Shown here one piece after another: positions 13,393 through 26,494 of a stretch of DNA of 64,000 bases. Position 1 is the first letter of the stretch. Each line of letters begins with the position of its first letter. The stretch comes from Eledone cirrhosa (taxonomy: Eukaryota): positions 372,001 through 436,000 of the forward strand of contig OZ024752.1 in NCBI GenBank assembly GCA_964016885.1, in the 5' to 3' direction. The notes beneath the pieces were generated by a model, which made no database searches, was not told the DNA's origin, and worked only from the letters and a program-made list of their open reading frames with translations. A program made the translations under genes and the position numbers.

Positions 13393-14150
13393 TCTTCTTC
13401 TCCCACTTATTCCTGAGAGGGTCGTGGGGACAGAGTCCTCAAACATTCCTTTCAGTGGATCCTGTCAGACGCAACCATTGCCAACTGATCTGGTTCGATT
13501 CCCAAGCAAGACCAGCCGAGCTCATGGATGTTATCTAACCATCTTGCTCAGTATCTACCCTTGGGTCTCCTGCCAATTGGTTTGGCCCATAAAATCTGTC
13601 CAGTAATTCTTTCCTGAGACATTGTAACCACATGTCCATGGAGCTGTGATCTCTCAATTTGGAGAAGTAGCGACTCTACCTGGAGTGACTCTGATCTCCA
13701 AGCAACGCACTCTATCAAGTAACATTACCCCAAAGACTCTTCAGAGGAACCCCATTTTGGCCGCTTGTATCCACGATTGTATTCTTTCAGTCATTACCCA
13801 AGATTCCTGACCATAAATAAGAGTTGGCATGAATAATGAATTGAAGATAGTGAGTTTGGCTTTTATGCCTACCTTCCTTCTGATTGCTGAAGCTGGCGCG
13901 TTACTGCACCAGTTCATGCAATTCTTGCACTTAATTCAGCCTCCTGCTTTTCATCACTTATGAACAGTGCCAACATACTTGAACTTCTCTACCTATTTCA
14001 GTGGAACTCTATTTACATGTAGAGTGTACTGTGCAGGCTTCCTTGAGAGGACAAGTGTCTCAGTTTTCCCAGCCATGCAGCACTCAGCTTCAAACCTATC
14101 GAGTGTAAGTTGGAGATCACCTTCTGTCCAGTTAAGTCACACCAAATATT
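13393..14150 (-). mobile_element. RTE-like LINE 3' fragment with (GAA)n tail; shorter copies at 87-150, 159-213, 3717-3935, 12676-12960, 40540-40680, 55270-55490
   Basis: Shared cacttattcctgagagg and/or gagctcatggatgttatccaaccatct blocks; encodes degenerate GRPRTRWLDNI. Confidence 0.75.
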
Positions 14151-14743
14151 AGTATGTTTAAAAATAGTTGTTTGGTGCTAAAATGATAGTATGACAATAA
14201 AATAATACAAGATATTTGCTACTATGTACATTTAAAAGTGTTTTTAATAGTTATGTGATAAAGATTGTTTTGGAGTTACATAGTAATTTTTGTAGGATAT
14301 GAGCTGCCCCCATGAGTAATATTTCCTGAATTTATTCCATTTTGGAATTTCCTGGGATTTGAGGTAATCAGCTCATTTTGTTATTATTTCTTAGGCAATT
14401 TCTATTTCCCTTGAGTTTGGTAATAGAAAATTTGTTTCTCTCAGTCATGACAGTATTTCAGATGGTCCTAGCATGATTTTGTTTACTACTACAATGGTTG
14501 CTGCTACTGTGGCAGTGAATAGGAGAATCATTAGACCATTGGACAAAATGCCTTGTACTCTTTGTTCCAGCATTTTATATTCTGAGTTCAAATCCTGTCA
14601 AAGTCAACTTTGTCTCAATGGTAAATAAAATAAAGTACCAGTCATGTACTTGGATCATTTTAACAGTTATACACCTCTCTCCATATGCCTAAGTTAGAAA
14701 TCCTCCATGCGCAGGGATCAATGGAAACAAATTGTATGAACTG

Positions 14744-15851
14744 TTAGAAGTTAAAATCAAATTCATTTTCATCAAGGTTGAATATATGTTCTATATCAGT
14801 CAAATCCTTAGGGGTCACGGTTACAGATGTGACAGCTGAATTTTGGCAATCTGGGGTCAAAGGAAGAGACTGATGTGAAAATTCTTCTAAGTGTCTTGTC
14901 TTAAATGGCACATCATTATTCTTTGTATGAAGCAAACTGCCTCTATTTGTGTGTATTTTATGTTGAGATTTCTCATATGCTTTGAACTGTTTAACCAAAC
15001 TAGGATTCTTAACCCAACCAGCAACACATCCACTCTTAACACCTCCATCATTTGCACCACCACCACCACCATTAATACCACTACCTCTATCCCCGACATC
15101 ATCCGTCTCATTAACACCTCCATCACTGCCACCAATATCCCAACCACTGCCACCTTCAGCACTACCACCACCAATATCCCAACCACCAACACTTTCAGCA
15201 CTACAATCAACATCCCAACCGCTAACACAACCACCACCATCACCATCACCACTACCAATATCATCATAATCATCATTGCTATCACCAACAGTATCTTCTG
15301 ATTGGTTTGTGTTGCTTAAAAAATGGCTCCACTTTGAGGAGTTGGAACTTGTAGAATGTACAACTTTATCTGAGACAATTTGAGATTTTTGATTCAAAGT
15401 TGAAAGGGCAGCATTAGCCTTGCTGGAAGAATGGTCATGCAGTGATGGTCTCCTGTTTTTTGAAAGTGAACTCATTACTCTGTTGTGTTTGATGGCACTG
15501 GTAGAAGCAGCTGTAGGAATAGCAACAGTAGGAGCTGTTGGCATGGGGTAGTTTGATGCTGTGACATATGATGCAGATTTCAAAACATTCTCACGATGAT
15601 GTCCACTTTCAGATGGAAACTGAATATCAGTGAAGTGTGAGTCATCAGTAAAAGTATTGTCCTTCATATTGTGATGTTTTCTCATCTTCCAGTAGCTGGT
15701 GTTCTGTTGGGAGGGAAGGTGATGATTCTCTGCATTCAGAAAAGAGCTTTCTCTTCTCAGTGGCAGAATGTGGTCATCAGCAAATACATCAGGGTCTTTG
15801 GAGATTGTCTTTTTATATGAATTTGCTTTTGAAACTGACCATTTTGGACGT
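14744..15851 (-). CDS. MRNIP: MRNIP terminal coding exon (low complexity, Gly-rich insert)
   Basis: tttcag|A CGT CCA AAA TGG continues phase 2 from exon 3; 1108 nt open to TAA; second SKWSHFL motif and acidic C-terminus. Confidence 0.8.
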
Positions 15852-16436
15852 CTGAAATTATACAGGAAATAAAAATAAATCCAATGGTATAGTGTGTGCA
15901 TGTGTATGTGTATTTGACTATGTACGTATGTATGTATTTGTAGATGTGTGTATGTAAATATTTGGGGATATATGTATGTATATATTTGTGGATGTCACCA
16001 TCATCATCTCCGTTTAACCTGTTGACTGCCACATATATTTTACACAGGTACAGTTGCTGTGCTGTTTTTTTTTTTCATTAAAATGAAGTTATGAACTGTT
16101 GGTAACGAGTTAACATCCATTTTTCCATGCTGGCATGTATGGATTTATTTGTAGATGTATGTATGTATTTGTGGATGTTTGTATTGTATTCCACCTGCCT
16201 GTGGTGAGGCTGATAGCATTGTTAGAACTCAATGTGTCCTTGGAAAGATAGTTATAGTGAGATTAGGTGGTATGACCAGTAGTTATTGTAGTAGGTTTCC
16301 TCGAAGAGGTTACAGAGTCATTTATATACATGTGTGTATGTATATAGAACAATGAAAACAAAACAAAAGTCAGAGTTACTAAGTACTTATCTTTGACTTG
16401 TTTTGTTTTCATTATTCCATACACACACATATATAT

Positions 16437-18513
16437 CTATCTATCTATCTAAGGCGGGTAAAATTCCCGAGATCCATGGACGAGTTCTCTCCAGCGGTCT
16501 CTGTCCCTCATTATCGCTGCCATATCCTGCGTCTCCAACAGACCAGTGTCTGTCCTTAGGGCATCAACATATGTTAACCTTGGTCTTCCTCTTCTAGTGT
16601 GTCCATGTAGGGGCTCCCAAAGGAGCACTGAGTGCAATGTCAACTCTGGATGTCGGTGAGCATGTCCAGCCAACCTCAGTCTCCTCTGTGTCACTTTTGA
16701 GATGCTTCCATACAGCTCTGAGTTTTTCATCCTCAGTGTATACTGATTAATGTTCAGAGCCATCCTCAGCATTCTCGTGTAGCACCCATCCACCATCTGA
16801 GTGAGTTTCTTGGTCAGTGTCCAAGTCTCAGACCCATACAGCAGCACAGACTCCACTACAGCAATGAAGAAGTGGATTTTCAGGTCTCTACGAAGGTCCG
16901 ACTTCCACACCGATCTCAAGCTGTGGCACGCCGCCCAGGCCTTGCTCTTCCTCTCAACCACATCATCTTCCGTATTCCCAATCTTTGCTCCCAAATACAG
17001 GAAGTCCTCAACCAATTCCAGCAGCTTCCCGCCTACATTAGTGATCCCCTCTGGCTTCTCAAGATTCTCTACCAGATATTTTGTTTTAGTCTCATTCATT
17101 CTCAGCCCCTCACTCATCGACACAGTCTCAACCTCCCGCATCAAATCGTCTGCCTCCTTCACTGTATTCGTCACCAAAACTATGTCGTCGGCAAATTCAG
17201 CATCCGATACTTTTTCGCCCTAACTCTCCTGCTCTGAGCCGGTGCTACAGTAAAGCCAGAGTCCTGGTGTTTCTCCAGTGCAAGGCGCATACAATAGTCC
17301 ACTACGATGATAAAAAGGTAGGGAGCCAATGTATCTCCCTGGAGCACTCCAGCCAGTATCTCAAAGAACTCTGTCATCCCATCAGGTGTAATGACTTAGG
17401 CTTTGGTGTTGGTGTAGAGCAGTGATATCAGGTCCACTATCTTCTTGGGGATTCCATAAGCCTGTAAGATCTTCATCAGGCAGTAACGGTCCACAGAATC
17501 AAAGGCCTTCCTAAAGTCAATGAAAACCATGACCGCAGGAAGGCACTTTGCTCTAGCTCCCTCTAATATCCTCCTCAGCATCAGGATGTGACTGGTGGTT
17601 GATCTACCCTCTCTGAAGTCGTTCTGGTTGTCCCTGAGCTTCTTCTCCATCTCAGGCTGGATCCTGTTAAGAATCATCCTGTTGAGGGTCTTTGCCACAA
17701 GTGACGTCAGTGAGATCCCCCGGTAGTTGTTGGTGTTAGAGAGATCTCCCTTCTTTGACACTGGGACGATGTTACTGATCCTCCACTGATTCGGGGCAAC
17801 TCCGTTCTCCAGTGCAGAACCCCAGGATGATATCATCAAAATCACACCTCTTCATCACCTCTGATGCCACTCCATCTTCTCCATGAGCCTTGCCCTCCTT
17901 GATCCTCTTCTTGGCTCTCTGAAGCTCCTCTCTGGTGAAGGGCTCTGTCTCAACATCCAGTTCCTCAAACAGCGGCCTGATCTCCCCAGTGCTCTGGGCT
18001 GTGGAGGGTGGCTCTCCTAGTAGGGTCCTAAAATGGTCTAGCCATTTCCTCTTCCTATCCTCGGGCCCCGTTCCCTGGATCTGACTCGAACACCTTCTCT
18101 TCCTCCCTGTGATCTCGTTGATGATCATCCAGCTCTCCTTACATCCAAATCTGCCAACCGCTCTCTCTCCACACTTCTGATCTTCTCTATCAGTGCCTCC
18201 TCTCTGACCTCAGTGTAAGCGGTACAGAGCTCTTCCCTCATCACCTCCACAGTCTCCATCCTCTCCTCCGTAGGATCAGCATAGAGTTGGTCCCTGGCAG
18301 CTTTCAGGTGTTCTCTGGCTGCACACACTTTTGGGTTTGCAGAGCTGACGTGCTTCCCTTTGTTCTTTTTCCTCGGCACCAGGGTTTCACTTGCTTCCGC
18401 CACTGCATTGGTGAAGTGCCCGTACCTCCTCGTCACACTCAGTCCATCCAATCTCTCTCTCCTCTGACTCTTCACACAGAGCACTAAACCTGTTTCTCAC
18501 TTCCACTGTGAAC
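16437..18513 (-). mobile_element. 5'-truncated RTE-like LINE, frameshifted RT
   Basis: NYRGISL, FIDFRKAFDS, GVLQGDTLAP, FADD, LLYGSETW, GRPR spread over several frames; (ATAG)n tail. Confidence 0.9.
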
Positions 18514-18732
18514 ACATATATATGTATTTGTATATATTTGTGGACATATATATTTTGTGTATGTGTGTATGTATGCATTTGTGTATGTGTGCATTTGTGG
18601 ATGTAAGCACACAAGCCACACATTTCCTATACTACAAGAACTAAATTTGGTTGTCCAGTACCTTATTAAACCAGCCCTCTGCATTTACCAATTAATTCAT
18701 AAGCAGGATGAATGAAAAGGTGGCAAACTCAC

Positions 18733-18857
18733 TTTTTTTTACTTTGGAAATTTCCCACATCAAACTGGTCAATACTGTCAAAAATGTCATCCTTTTCTTC
18801 AATAGATGATTCTGTCTGAGGGTGTGAACCTAAAAATTTCTGCCACCTGCTGCCAGT
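18733..18857 (-). CDS. MRNIP: MRNIP coding exon 3 (absent from the ORF track)
   Basis: ttttctggatag|TGSRWQKFLGSHPQTESSIEEKDDIFDSIDQFDVGNFQSKK|gtgagt; 125 nt, phase 0/2, compatible with both neighbours; SRWxKFL resembles the MRNIP SRW motif. Confidence 0.8.
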
Positions 18858-18917
18858 CTATCCAGAAAAGTTAAGTTTATCAGATTTTTCCTGAACTTAA
18901 CAACAACAAATAAATAA

Positions 18918-19110
18918 TAATTGTTTCTACTTTTGACACAAGGCCAGCAATTATCCCAGTACATTACTGGTACTTTATTTTATCGACCCCATAAGGATGA
19001 AAGGCAAAGTTAACCTCGGCGGGATTTGAACTCAGACCATAAAGAGACGTAACTCTATGCTACAAAGCATGGTGTCCGACGCTTTACTAATACTGCCAAT
19101 CCACCGCCCT
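18918..19110 (-). mobile_element. Same SINE family; further copies near 5720-5940, 6970-7180, 14510-14700, 23775-24100, 24420-24560, 28400-28590, 32704-32985, 33605-33780, 37140-37322, 42190-42300, 49548-49724, 54880-55056
   Basis: Recurring gggatttgaactcag / gatgaaaggcaaagttaacctcggc / tgtttctacttttggcacaaggccagc blocks. Confidence 0.88.
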
Positions 19111-19117
19111 ATAAATA

Positions 19118-22100
19118 ATCATCATCATCATCATCATTTTACGTCCGCTTTTCCCTGCTTGCAAGGGTGGGACGGGTCTTATTCAGCACAGCATCTCTCC
19201 ACTCGTCACGATCCTTCGTCATCTCCACCGTGAGCTTCAATGATCTGAGGTCTGTTCTCACCACCTCCGCCCATGTTTTTCGTGGTCTACCTCTACCACG
19301 TCTTCCTTCAACTGGCATTTCCTGGCACTTCTTCACCCATCGGTCATCCTCCATGTGCATCACATGTCCATACCACCTCAGTCTCCTCTCCCGTACACTA
19401 CATTCTATCCCTCTCAGACACAGTTTCTCTCTCAACACATTTATGCTGGGTCGTTCACGCACATTTACACTGCACATCCAACAGAGCATGCTTGCCTCAT
19501 TTCTCTCCAGCTGTCGCATATCCTCTGCAGTTGCTGCCCATGTCTCACTACCATGCAGCATCGCGCTCCTCACACAGGCATCATACAACCGGCCTTTCGT
19601 ACGCAGGGAGAAACCCTTCTTCGTCAACAGAGGAAGCAGCTCCCTAAACTTCTTCCAACCCGTCCTTATTCTAGATACTATGGCCTCGGAACACCCTCCT
19701 CCCATGCTAATCTGATCTCCTAGGTACCGGAAGCTATCCACCACTTCTATAGCGCCCTCCTGCATTTGAAAAATGTGTCTATCAATGCGACTTCTACTGT
19801 CTAATTTCCCTGCATACATATTTCTCCCTACCTGTTAGTTTTCCTGCTATCCTGCTACATCTCTTGTGTACCCAGGATCTGCATTGTGTGCATTTTATAG
19901 AATTTATGCCAGTTCCTTTTCTGCATATCGAACATGGCCATTTCCCTGACGGAATCAGGGTTTTGTCCTCTTTTCTACTCATCAACACTTTTGTCTTAGC
20001 TAGGTTCACTCTCAGTCCTCTTGCTTCCAACTGCTGTTTCCATAGCCAGAATTTATTCTCTAGCTCCTCTACTGATTCTGCTATATGAACCAGATCGTCA
20101 GCATAGAGAAGTTCCCATGGACAGCCAGTCTTAAACTCCTCTGTTATGGCTTGGAGGACTATAATGAACAAGAGTGGGCTGAGGACCGAACCCTGATGTA
20201 CTCCTACTTGTATCTGGAATTCCTCACTAAACTCCATTCCTACCCTGACTTTACTGAGAGTACCTCTGTACAAAGTTTGCACTGTCCTCACAAGCCATTC
20301 CTCAACACCTAGCTTCCTTAGGGACCACCAGATGACAGATTGAGGTACCCTATCAAAGGCCTTCTCTAGGTCAACAAAGGCTAAGTATAGTGGCTTATTC
20401 TTCTCTAAGAACCTCTCTTGCAATTGTCTCACCAAGAAGAGGGCATCTTTTGTACTCTTCCCAGGCACAAAACCAAACTGCATCTCATCTAGTTTGACCC
20501 TTTCTCTAATTAGTTGTGCTAAAATCCTTTCTGCCACTTTCATAACCTGATCTATCAGTTTTATACCCCTATAATTGCTCCTCTCCAGAGCATCCCCTTC
20601 ACCTTTGTAGCAATTTATGAGAATACTGCTGCACCAGTCTTTGGGTATGACACCACCATATATAGCCTGATTGATGATGCGTGCAACCAGTTTAGTGCCT
20701 ACGTCCTCTGATGCCTTCAGCATCTCAACAACTATTCCCGATGGTCTGGCAGCCTTACCATTTTTCATTTCTCTAATCGCCTCTTGGACCCTATATTCGT
20801 CAATCTCAATAGCTGGTCCCTCTGTCGGATCTACCAAGGGTAATTTCTCTCTCTCCCATTTGTTCTCCACATTCATCAGTCTCTCATAATAACATTTCCA
20901 GGCCTCCTTCTTCTGATCATTCGTGACACTAAGTACACCGGCATCATCCCGGACACATTTATCCCCAAGAACATCCTGATTTGCATTGACACACTGCTTT
21001 GCAATGTGGAACACCGCACGCCCCTGATCTTCCTGTCGCAGAACATTGGCAAACCTCCTACTCTCCGCCTTCCTGCGTGCTAAGTACACCTGACGTCTAG
21101 CTTCTCTCTTAGTGGCTGTATATTCTCCCCTACTCCCACCCTTTTTCCAAGCCTTCCATGCTAGTCTTTTGTCTCTAATGGCCTTATCTACTGTGCTGTT
21201 CCACCACCAGGTCACTCTCTGTCTGGTTGGAGCTCTGCTCCAGCCACAAGTTTCATCAGTAGCCTGCAGCAAGTTGTCACGTAAGAAATTCCAGTTATTA
21301 TCTATGTCATACGTCTCTAAATCGTCTTCTTTTTCGTCATATACATCTTGAAGGGCTTTCCTAAATTTGTATTTTAGTGAAAGGTCTTTTAGCTTCCAGA
21401 CCTTTCTTCTCCACACCTTCCTATATGTCTCATTCCATCTCTTGCTTACTGAGATATCACTAACAACTAACCTATGCTGTGGGGTACATTCTTCCCCAGG
21501 GTATGCCTTGGTATTAGACACTATCGGCCTGTCCTGCTGCCTAACTAGTAAGAAGTCAATCTGGCTTATGTGCTCACCAGATTTGTAGGTTATTAGGTGA
21601 TTGGCAGGTTTCTGGAAGTTTGTGTTGCAAATAGTCAATGTACCTGCATCACAAAATTCAAGAAGTCTCACTCCTTCTTCATTTCTTGGACCGTAACCGT
21701 GCCCACCATGTACCCCAGTGTAACCATCCTGGAGCTGTCCAACATGACCATTGAAGTCTCCTGCTAGCATAACGATGTCTCCGTCCTCTGTCATTGCGGT
21801 TGTTTGTAAAAGTTGCTCATAAAAGCAGTCTTTCTCATCTTTGCCTAGGCCTGCTTGGGGAGCATAGGCCGAGATGATTGTCAGTAGTCTCCTGCCTACA
21901 ACTAATCTAAGCTTAATTATTCAATTACTAACTCGAACTACCTCTATTGTCTTATTGATCCATTTCTCAGCCAGGAAAATGGCTACTCCCCCTAACCCAT
22001 CATCCTTACCTACCCAGAATAGCTTATAGCTAAGACATTTGCCTACGACTAGTCTCGCAGAGGCACCTCTCCATCTCACCTCTTGCACGCAGCACACATC

Positions 22101-22390
22101 CACCTGCCTTCTCTCCAGCATCTCTGCTATTTCAGCAGATCTACCTCTGAGAGTGCCAACATTAAGTGTTGCAACTCTGAGATGCGACGTCTTCATATTT
22201 TGTTGTTGTTCCTATTTGTTGCTGTGCTGATAAGCGTTTTGGCATTGATACACTGGTTGGATGCCCTTCCTAACACCAGCGCCACTTTACAGCATGGACT
22301 GGGTGCTTTTATTTGTGCCACCAGCACTAGAGAGGATGTCTTACTAGACTCAAGGGCCCTCTCTACCCCCTCCATTTTACAGCATGGTCA
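19118..22390 (-). mobile_element. Near full-length RTE-clade LINE (APE endonuclease + RT + PHD-like finger) with two lesions
   Basis: ORF from 22196 (LRVATLNVGTL, QEVRW, GDFNGH, QIDF, YRGI, QGSVLSP, YADD); in-frame TGA at 21921-21923 and a frameshift near 19815; RTE-type 5'UTR motif AGGAAGGGCATCC; (GAT)n tail. Confidence 0.93.
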
Positions 22391-22532
22391 AAAAAAAAAA
22401 AAAAAAAAAAACTTGACACGACACACACACTCATGCATACAAACCACAACCACACACACGCCACTCACATACCAACACTCATTCATGCATACAAACACAC
22501 ACACCACTCACAAACACACATATATATATATA

Positions 22533-23537
22533 CTAGCAGTAAAGCCCGGCGTTGCTCGGGGTCGCTCAGTAGCTGTGTTAAAGTTACAATGTTAAGTTTC
22601 TTTCTTGGCTTAAAAACTGTAGTGTCTACTGTGCAGACTTGCATGTGGTGTTTTTGATTAATATTCCCTCAACCAACAATATGCCTTATGAAGTTAAGAA
22701 AACATAACGATAACCCGAATGTTATAACAAAAGAGGATGCTGGGGATAGAAACTGCACTGGTTATTTATTAACAAAGATCGAAAATGTAAACACTGCAAC
22801 GCAGAGAAAAACATTAGCGTAACCAAATTATCAGTTATGTCTGTCTGCACGCCTATATCACCTCTCTGCACGACTGTCTGTCTGCACGCCTATATCACCT
22901 CTCTGCACGACTGTCTGTCTGCACGCCTATATCACCTCTCTGCACGACTATCTGTCTGCACGCCTATATCACCTCTCTGCACGACTGTCTGTCTGCACGC
23001 CTATATCACCTCTCTGCACGACTATCTGTCTGCTCGCGTATATCATCTCTCTGCACGACTATCTGTCTGCACGACTGTCTGTCTGCACGCGTATATCACC
23101 TCTCTGCACGACTGTCTGTCTGCACGCCTAACGACGAAATATTTGCTTGTTTTACGTAGTCTTTAAATAGACTTGTTTTCAAGTTAAAATATTGTTTTAA
23201 AATGCTTTTAAATGGAAATGAAGCAAAACGGAAGCTTCGTGTATTGTGTTAATGTCATTTTAAACGCTGAGAAAGCCAGCGTAATTTTTTATGTAAGACG
23301 CTCAATGTAAACAGAACAAAGGGAAATAACTGATAACTTACGCTCAAAAATCGATACATTATATTCGATTTCGTCACATAGGGTGGGTCAATTTGAAATT
23401 TTTTTTTTTCCGATGTCTTCGCTAGGGCTCAATGTACAAGTATAGCAATTTCGGTGCAATTCCGTGAGAGATTCTAAGAGGAGATGTGTGCCGAAAATCG
23501 ATAGACAGACAGACAACCACAGTTTTATATATATAGA
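22533..23537 (-). mobile_element. Non-autonomous Helitron
   Basis: A|TCTATATATATAAAACTG ... CCCGAGCAACGCCGGG hairpin, CTAG|T; no TSD. Confidence 0.85.
22838..23130. repeat. 38-bp minisatellite inside the Helitron
   Basis: About 7 units of tctgtctgcacgcctatatcacctctctgcacgactg. Confidence 0.9.
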
Positions 23538-24569
23538 TTACCGGCAGTACTGATACAAATACAAAATCAAAATCAATATCATGTCAACTGTTGACCTTTC
23601 CCAGTCCAGTTCAGCTTGTATATAATAATAATAATTGTTTGCTTTACGCTGGTAATGGCGGTGGTGGTGGTGGATGGTGTCAGTGTGGTGGTGGTGGATG
23701 GTCAGTGATGGTGGTGGCAGTTGTTGCTGCTGTAGTTGCTGCTGCTGTTGCTGTTGTTGTTGTTATAATAATAATAATTGTTTCTACTTTTGGCACAAGG
23801 CCAGCAATTAACCCAGTGTATTACTGGTACTTTATTTTATTAACCCCGTAAGGATGAATGGCAAAGTTAACCTCGGTGGGATTTGAACTCAGACCATAAA
23901 GGGCCGTAACTCTTTGCAGCAAATGATTTCTAATTCTAGTACAAGATCAGTAATTTAGTGGAAGGGAAAGTTGATTAAATCGACCCAAAAGAATGAAAAG
24001 CAAGGTTAACCTTGGTGGGATTTGAACTCAGAATGTAAAAGGCTGTATATGCTGCAAAACATGTCTGACACACTACCTATACTGCCAACCCCTACCTTTA
24101 CAGTAATAATAATTGTTTCTACTTTAGGCACAAAGCTAACAGTTTTTTTTTTGGGGGGGGGGGTCGATGAAATCAACCTTCAGTGCATTACAGGTACTTT
24201 ATAATAATAATAGACATACAAATAAATACACAAAAGATAAAAAGGCAGATAAAATAAAATACCAAATTGGAAGAGCCCATGGCCAAACAGTGGCCAAGCA
24301 TACTTACTGGATGAAGAAACTGAGAAGAAACATGAAAGGATAGCATAGCAACTGGATAGGTACTTCGAGGAAGGTTGAATCCCCAGTTGGATGACAAAGA
24401 GAAAGACATTCTTATTTGATCCCAGTATTTGACTGGTATTTTAGTTTATGGACCCCAGAAAGATGAAAAGTAAAATTGATCTCAGTGATCTGAACTCAGA
24501 ATATGAAAGGTCAAAACAAATACAACCAGGTATCTTTTAAAGATTCTACCAATCCACCATATGAAGTCA

Positions 24570-25290
24570 TTATCATCATCGTATTAGCATTCGTTTTTCC
24601 ATGCTTGCAAGGATTGGACAAGTCTTTCTAAGCATGGCATCTCTCCACTTGCCATGTTTCTTCATCATCTCTTCTATGAGTCATAGAGATTTGAAGTCAG
24701 CTCTCACCATCTCTGCTCAGGTCTTTCTTGGTCTACCACTACAGCAACTTCCTTCTACTGGAATTTCCTGGCACTTCTTCATGCATGTGCATCACATGTC
24801 TATATCAACACAATCTTCTCTCCTGTACACCATCTTGGATTCCTCTTAAACCCAGTTTCTCCCTCAGTTCATCCAGGCTCTGCCTTTCTGTCACACATTG
24901 CACATCCAGCAAAGCTTGGTTGCTTCATTTCTCTCCAGTCTATGCATATCTTCTGCACTCGCAGCCCATATTTCACTACCATGCAGCATCACACTTCACA
25001 CACAGGCGTCCTACAGTCGTCCTTTTGTAAACAGGGAGAAACTTTTTGTGGTTAACAGTGGGAGTAGCTCTCTAAATGTTTTCCATCCTATCCCTATTCT
25101 AGCTATTATGCTCTCAGAGCACCCTCCTCTGCTGCTAATTAAGTTTCCTAGATAGCAGAAGTAATCAACCATTTCTATGGGCTCTTCCTGTGACTGGAAA
25201 AGGTTTATATCACTGGTGCTCTTTCCCTCGATTACTCCTGTGCATCTTCTACAAAGTATTTCCTTCCTGTTAGTCTACCAGTTATCCCAA
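24570..25290 (-). mobile_element. Degenerate 3' fragment of the same RTE family as 19118-22390
   Basis: Colinear similarity to 19130-19860 including the tail ttttccatgcttgcaagg. Confidence 0.85.
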
Positions 25291-25751
25291 TCTTGTGAGG
25301 TATATAAAGTATATTTAAATTTCGTTTTTTACTCTGACAATAGGTTATCTGACTTATATGACTTTAATAGGTTCTCCTAGTCCAAGTGGTGCCCATGGCA
25401 TGTGCCATACTTGTCATACCCTAGTTATGCCTCTCTTTTAAGCATAAGCATACTTTCTACTTTGCTTTAATCTTTTTGATGCCAAACTTGAAACTGTTCC
25501 TGGCTCTATTTTAACCCTTTAGTTACCAATCCAGCCAAAACTGGCTCTGGTTCTATGATATAAAACCACCCATTTTAAAAGTTTTCAATTTAAATAAAAA
25601 ATCTTCCATCATAATTTTATATAAGAATCTTACATAGAGTTACTATCTTAGTAATGAAATAATTAATAATTTTAGTAAATCCCTCAAAATTCTTCATTGA
25701 TTAATTGAAATAGAGTGTATTTCATTAGAAATGCAGTCATAAAAAATAAAA

Positions 25752-26098
25752 TAATAATGAAATTATTGTGTACAGTGCTCAGGTGCACTACAACTCATCA
25801 AATGTGCATGTATAGTACATAGAATGTACAAATGTCAGGAAAGTGTACAGTGTATGAGTCATGATATACACACAGATACATGTGTGCATGTATATGGATG
25901 GGGGAATATTAGATGAAGTGTTGGCAAATTTCAGGAAGCATAGAGGTTTTAAAGGATGCAGTGTCCTGGCAGCTAACAACTGATGCAGGTAGTTTGTTCT
26001 ATGCTTCAGCAATTCTCAGTGTGAAAAAATGTTTCCGAAAGTCACGGGAGCAGTGCTGTTTTCTGATCTTGTAGGCATGTTCACGGGTGTTAGACACA
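25752..26098 (-). mobile_element. CR1-like LINE 3' end; related pieces at 30550-31140 and 34590-34700
   Basis: NTREHAYKIRKQH..RKHFFTLRIAEA*NKLPASVV typical of the CR1 ORF2 C-terminus; (ATT)n tail. Confidence 0.75.
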
Positions 26099-26314
26099 TA
26101 AGGGTTAAAGTGTTTATATTCATCTAAAACCCTTCCACCATAATTTTATGTAAGAACCTTTGTTAATTTATGTTCCAGTCAACAGCTTCAAAATAATAAA
26201 GTTAGTTATATTGCTAAATCCCTCCAAATTCTCGATTATTATCAAAATTATTTGAAAATTATTGATAGTGTATTTCATTAGAAATATGGTAATGAAATGA
26301 TTAAAGAAACTTAC

Positions 26315-26494
26315 TGCATCATCTTCAATGTTCTGTAGCTGTTGTTGGTAGTGGTATTGTTGGTGCTGTTCTTGTTCTTGGTCACAAATAACAGCAAGGT
26401 TCTTATCAAATTCTTTTATATCCATCTCCTGGCGTAGTGAGTTCAATTTTTGAACATGTTGTCGACAGTCAGCTCCAGATCCACTGCCATATTC
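26315..26494 (-). CDS. MRNIP: MRNIP coding exon 2
   Basis: ttgtag|EYGSGSGADCRQHVQKLNSLR...IEDDA|gtaagt; GSGADCRxHVQKLN is the conserved MRNIP motif; 180 nt, phase 0/0. Confidence 0.92.

Noticed and set aside
14887-15301. Pro-rich and Thr-rich overlapping ORFs
   Set aside because: Alternative frames of the GGT-rich tract in the MRNIP exon
18858-18890. Upstream alternative acceptor for MRNIP exon 3
   Set aside because: Would introduce an in-frame TAG
22838-23130. Regular repeats resembling a CRISPR array
   Set aside because: Head-to-tail units with no unique spacers, inside a Helitron, eukaryotic context, no cas genes
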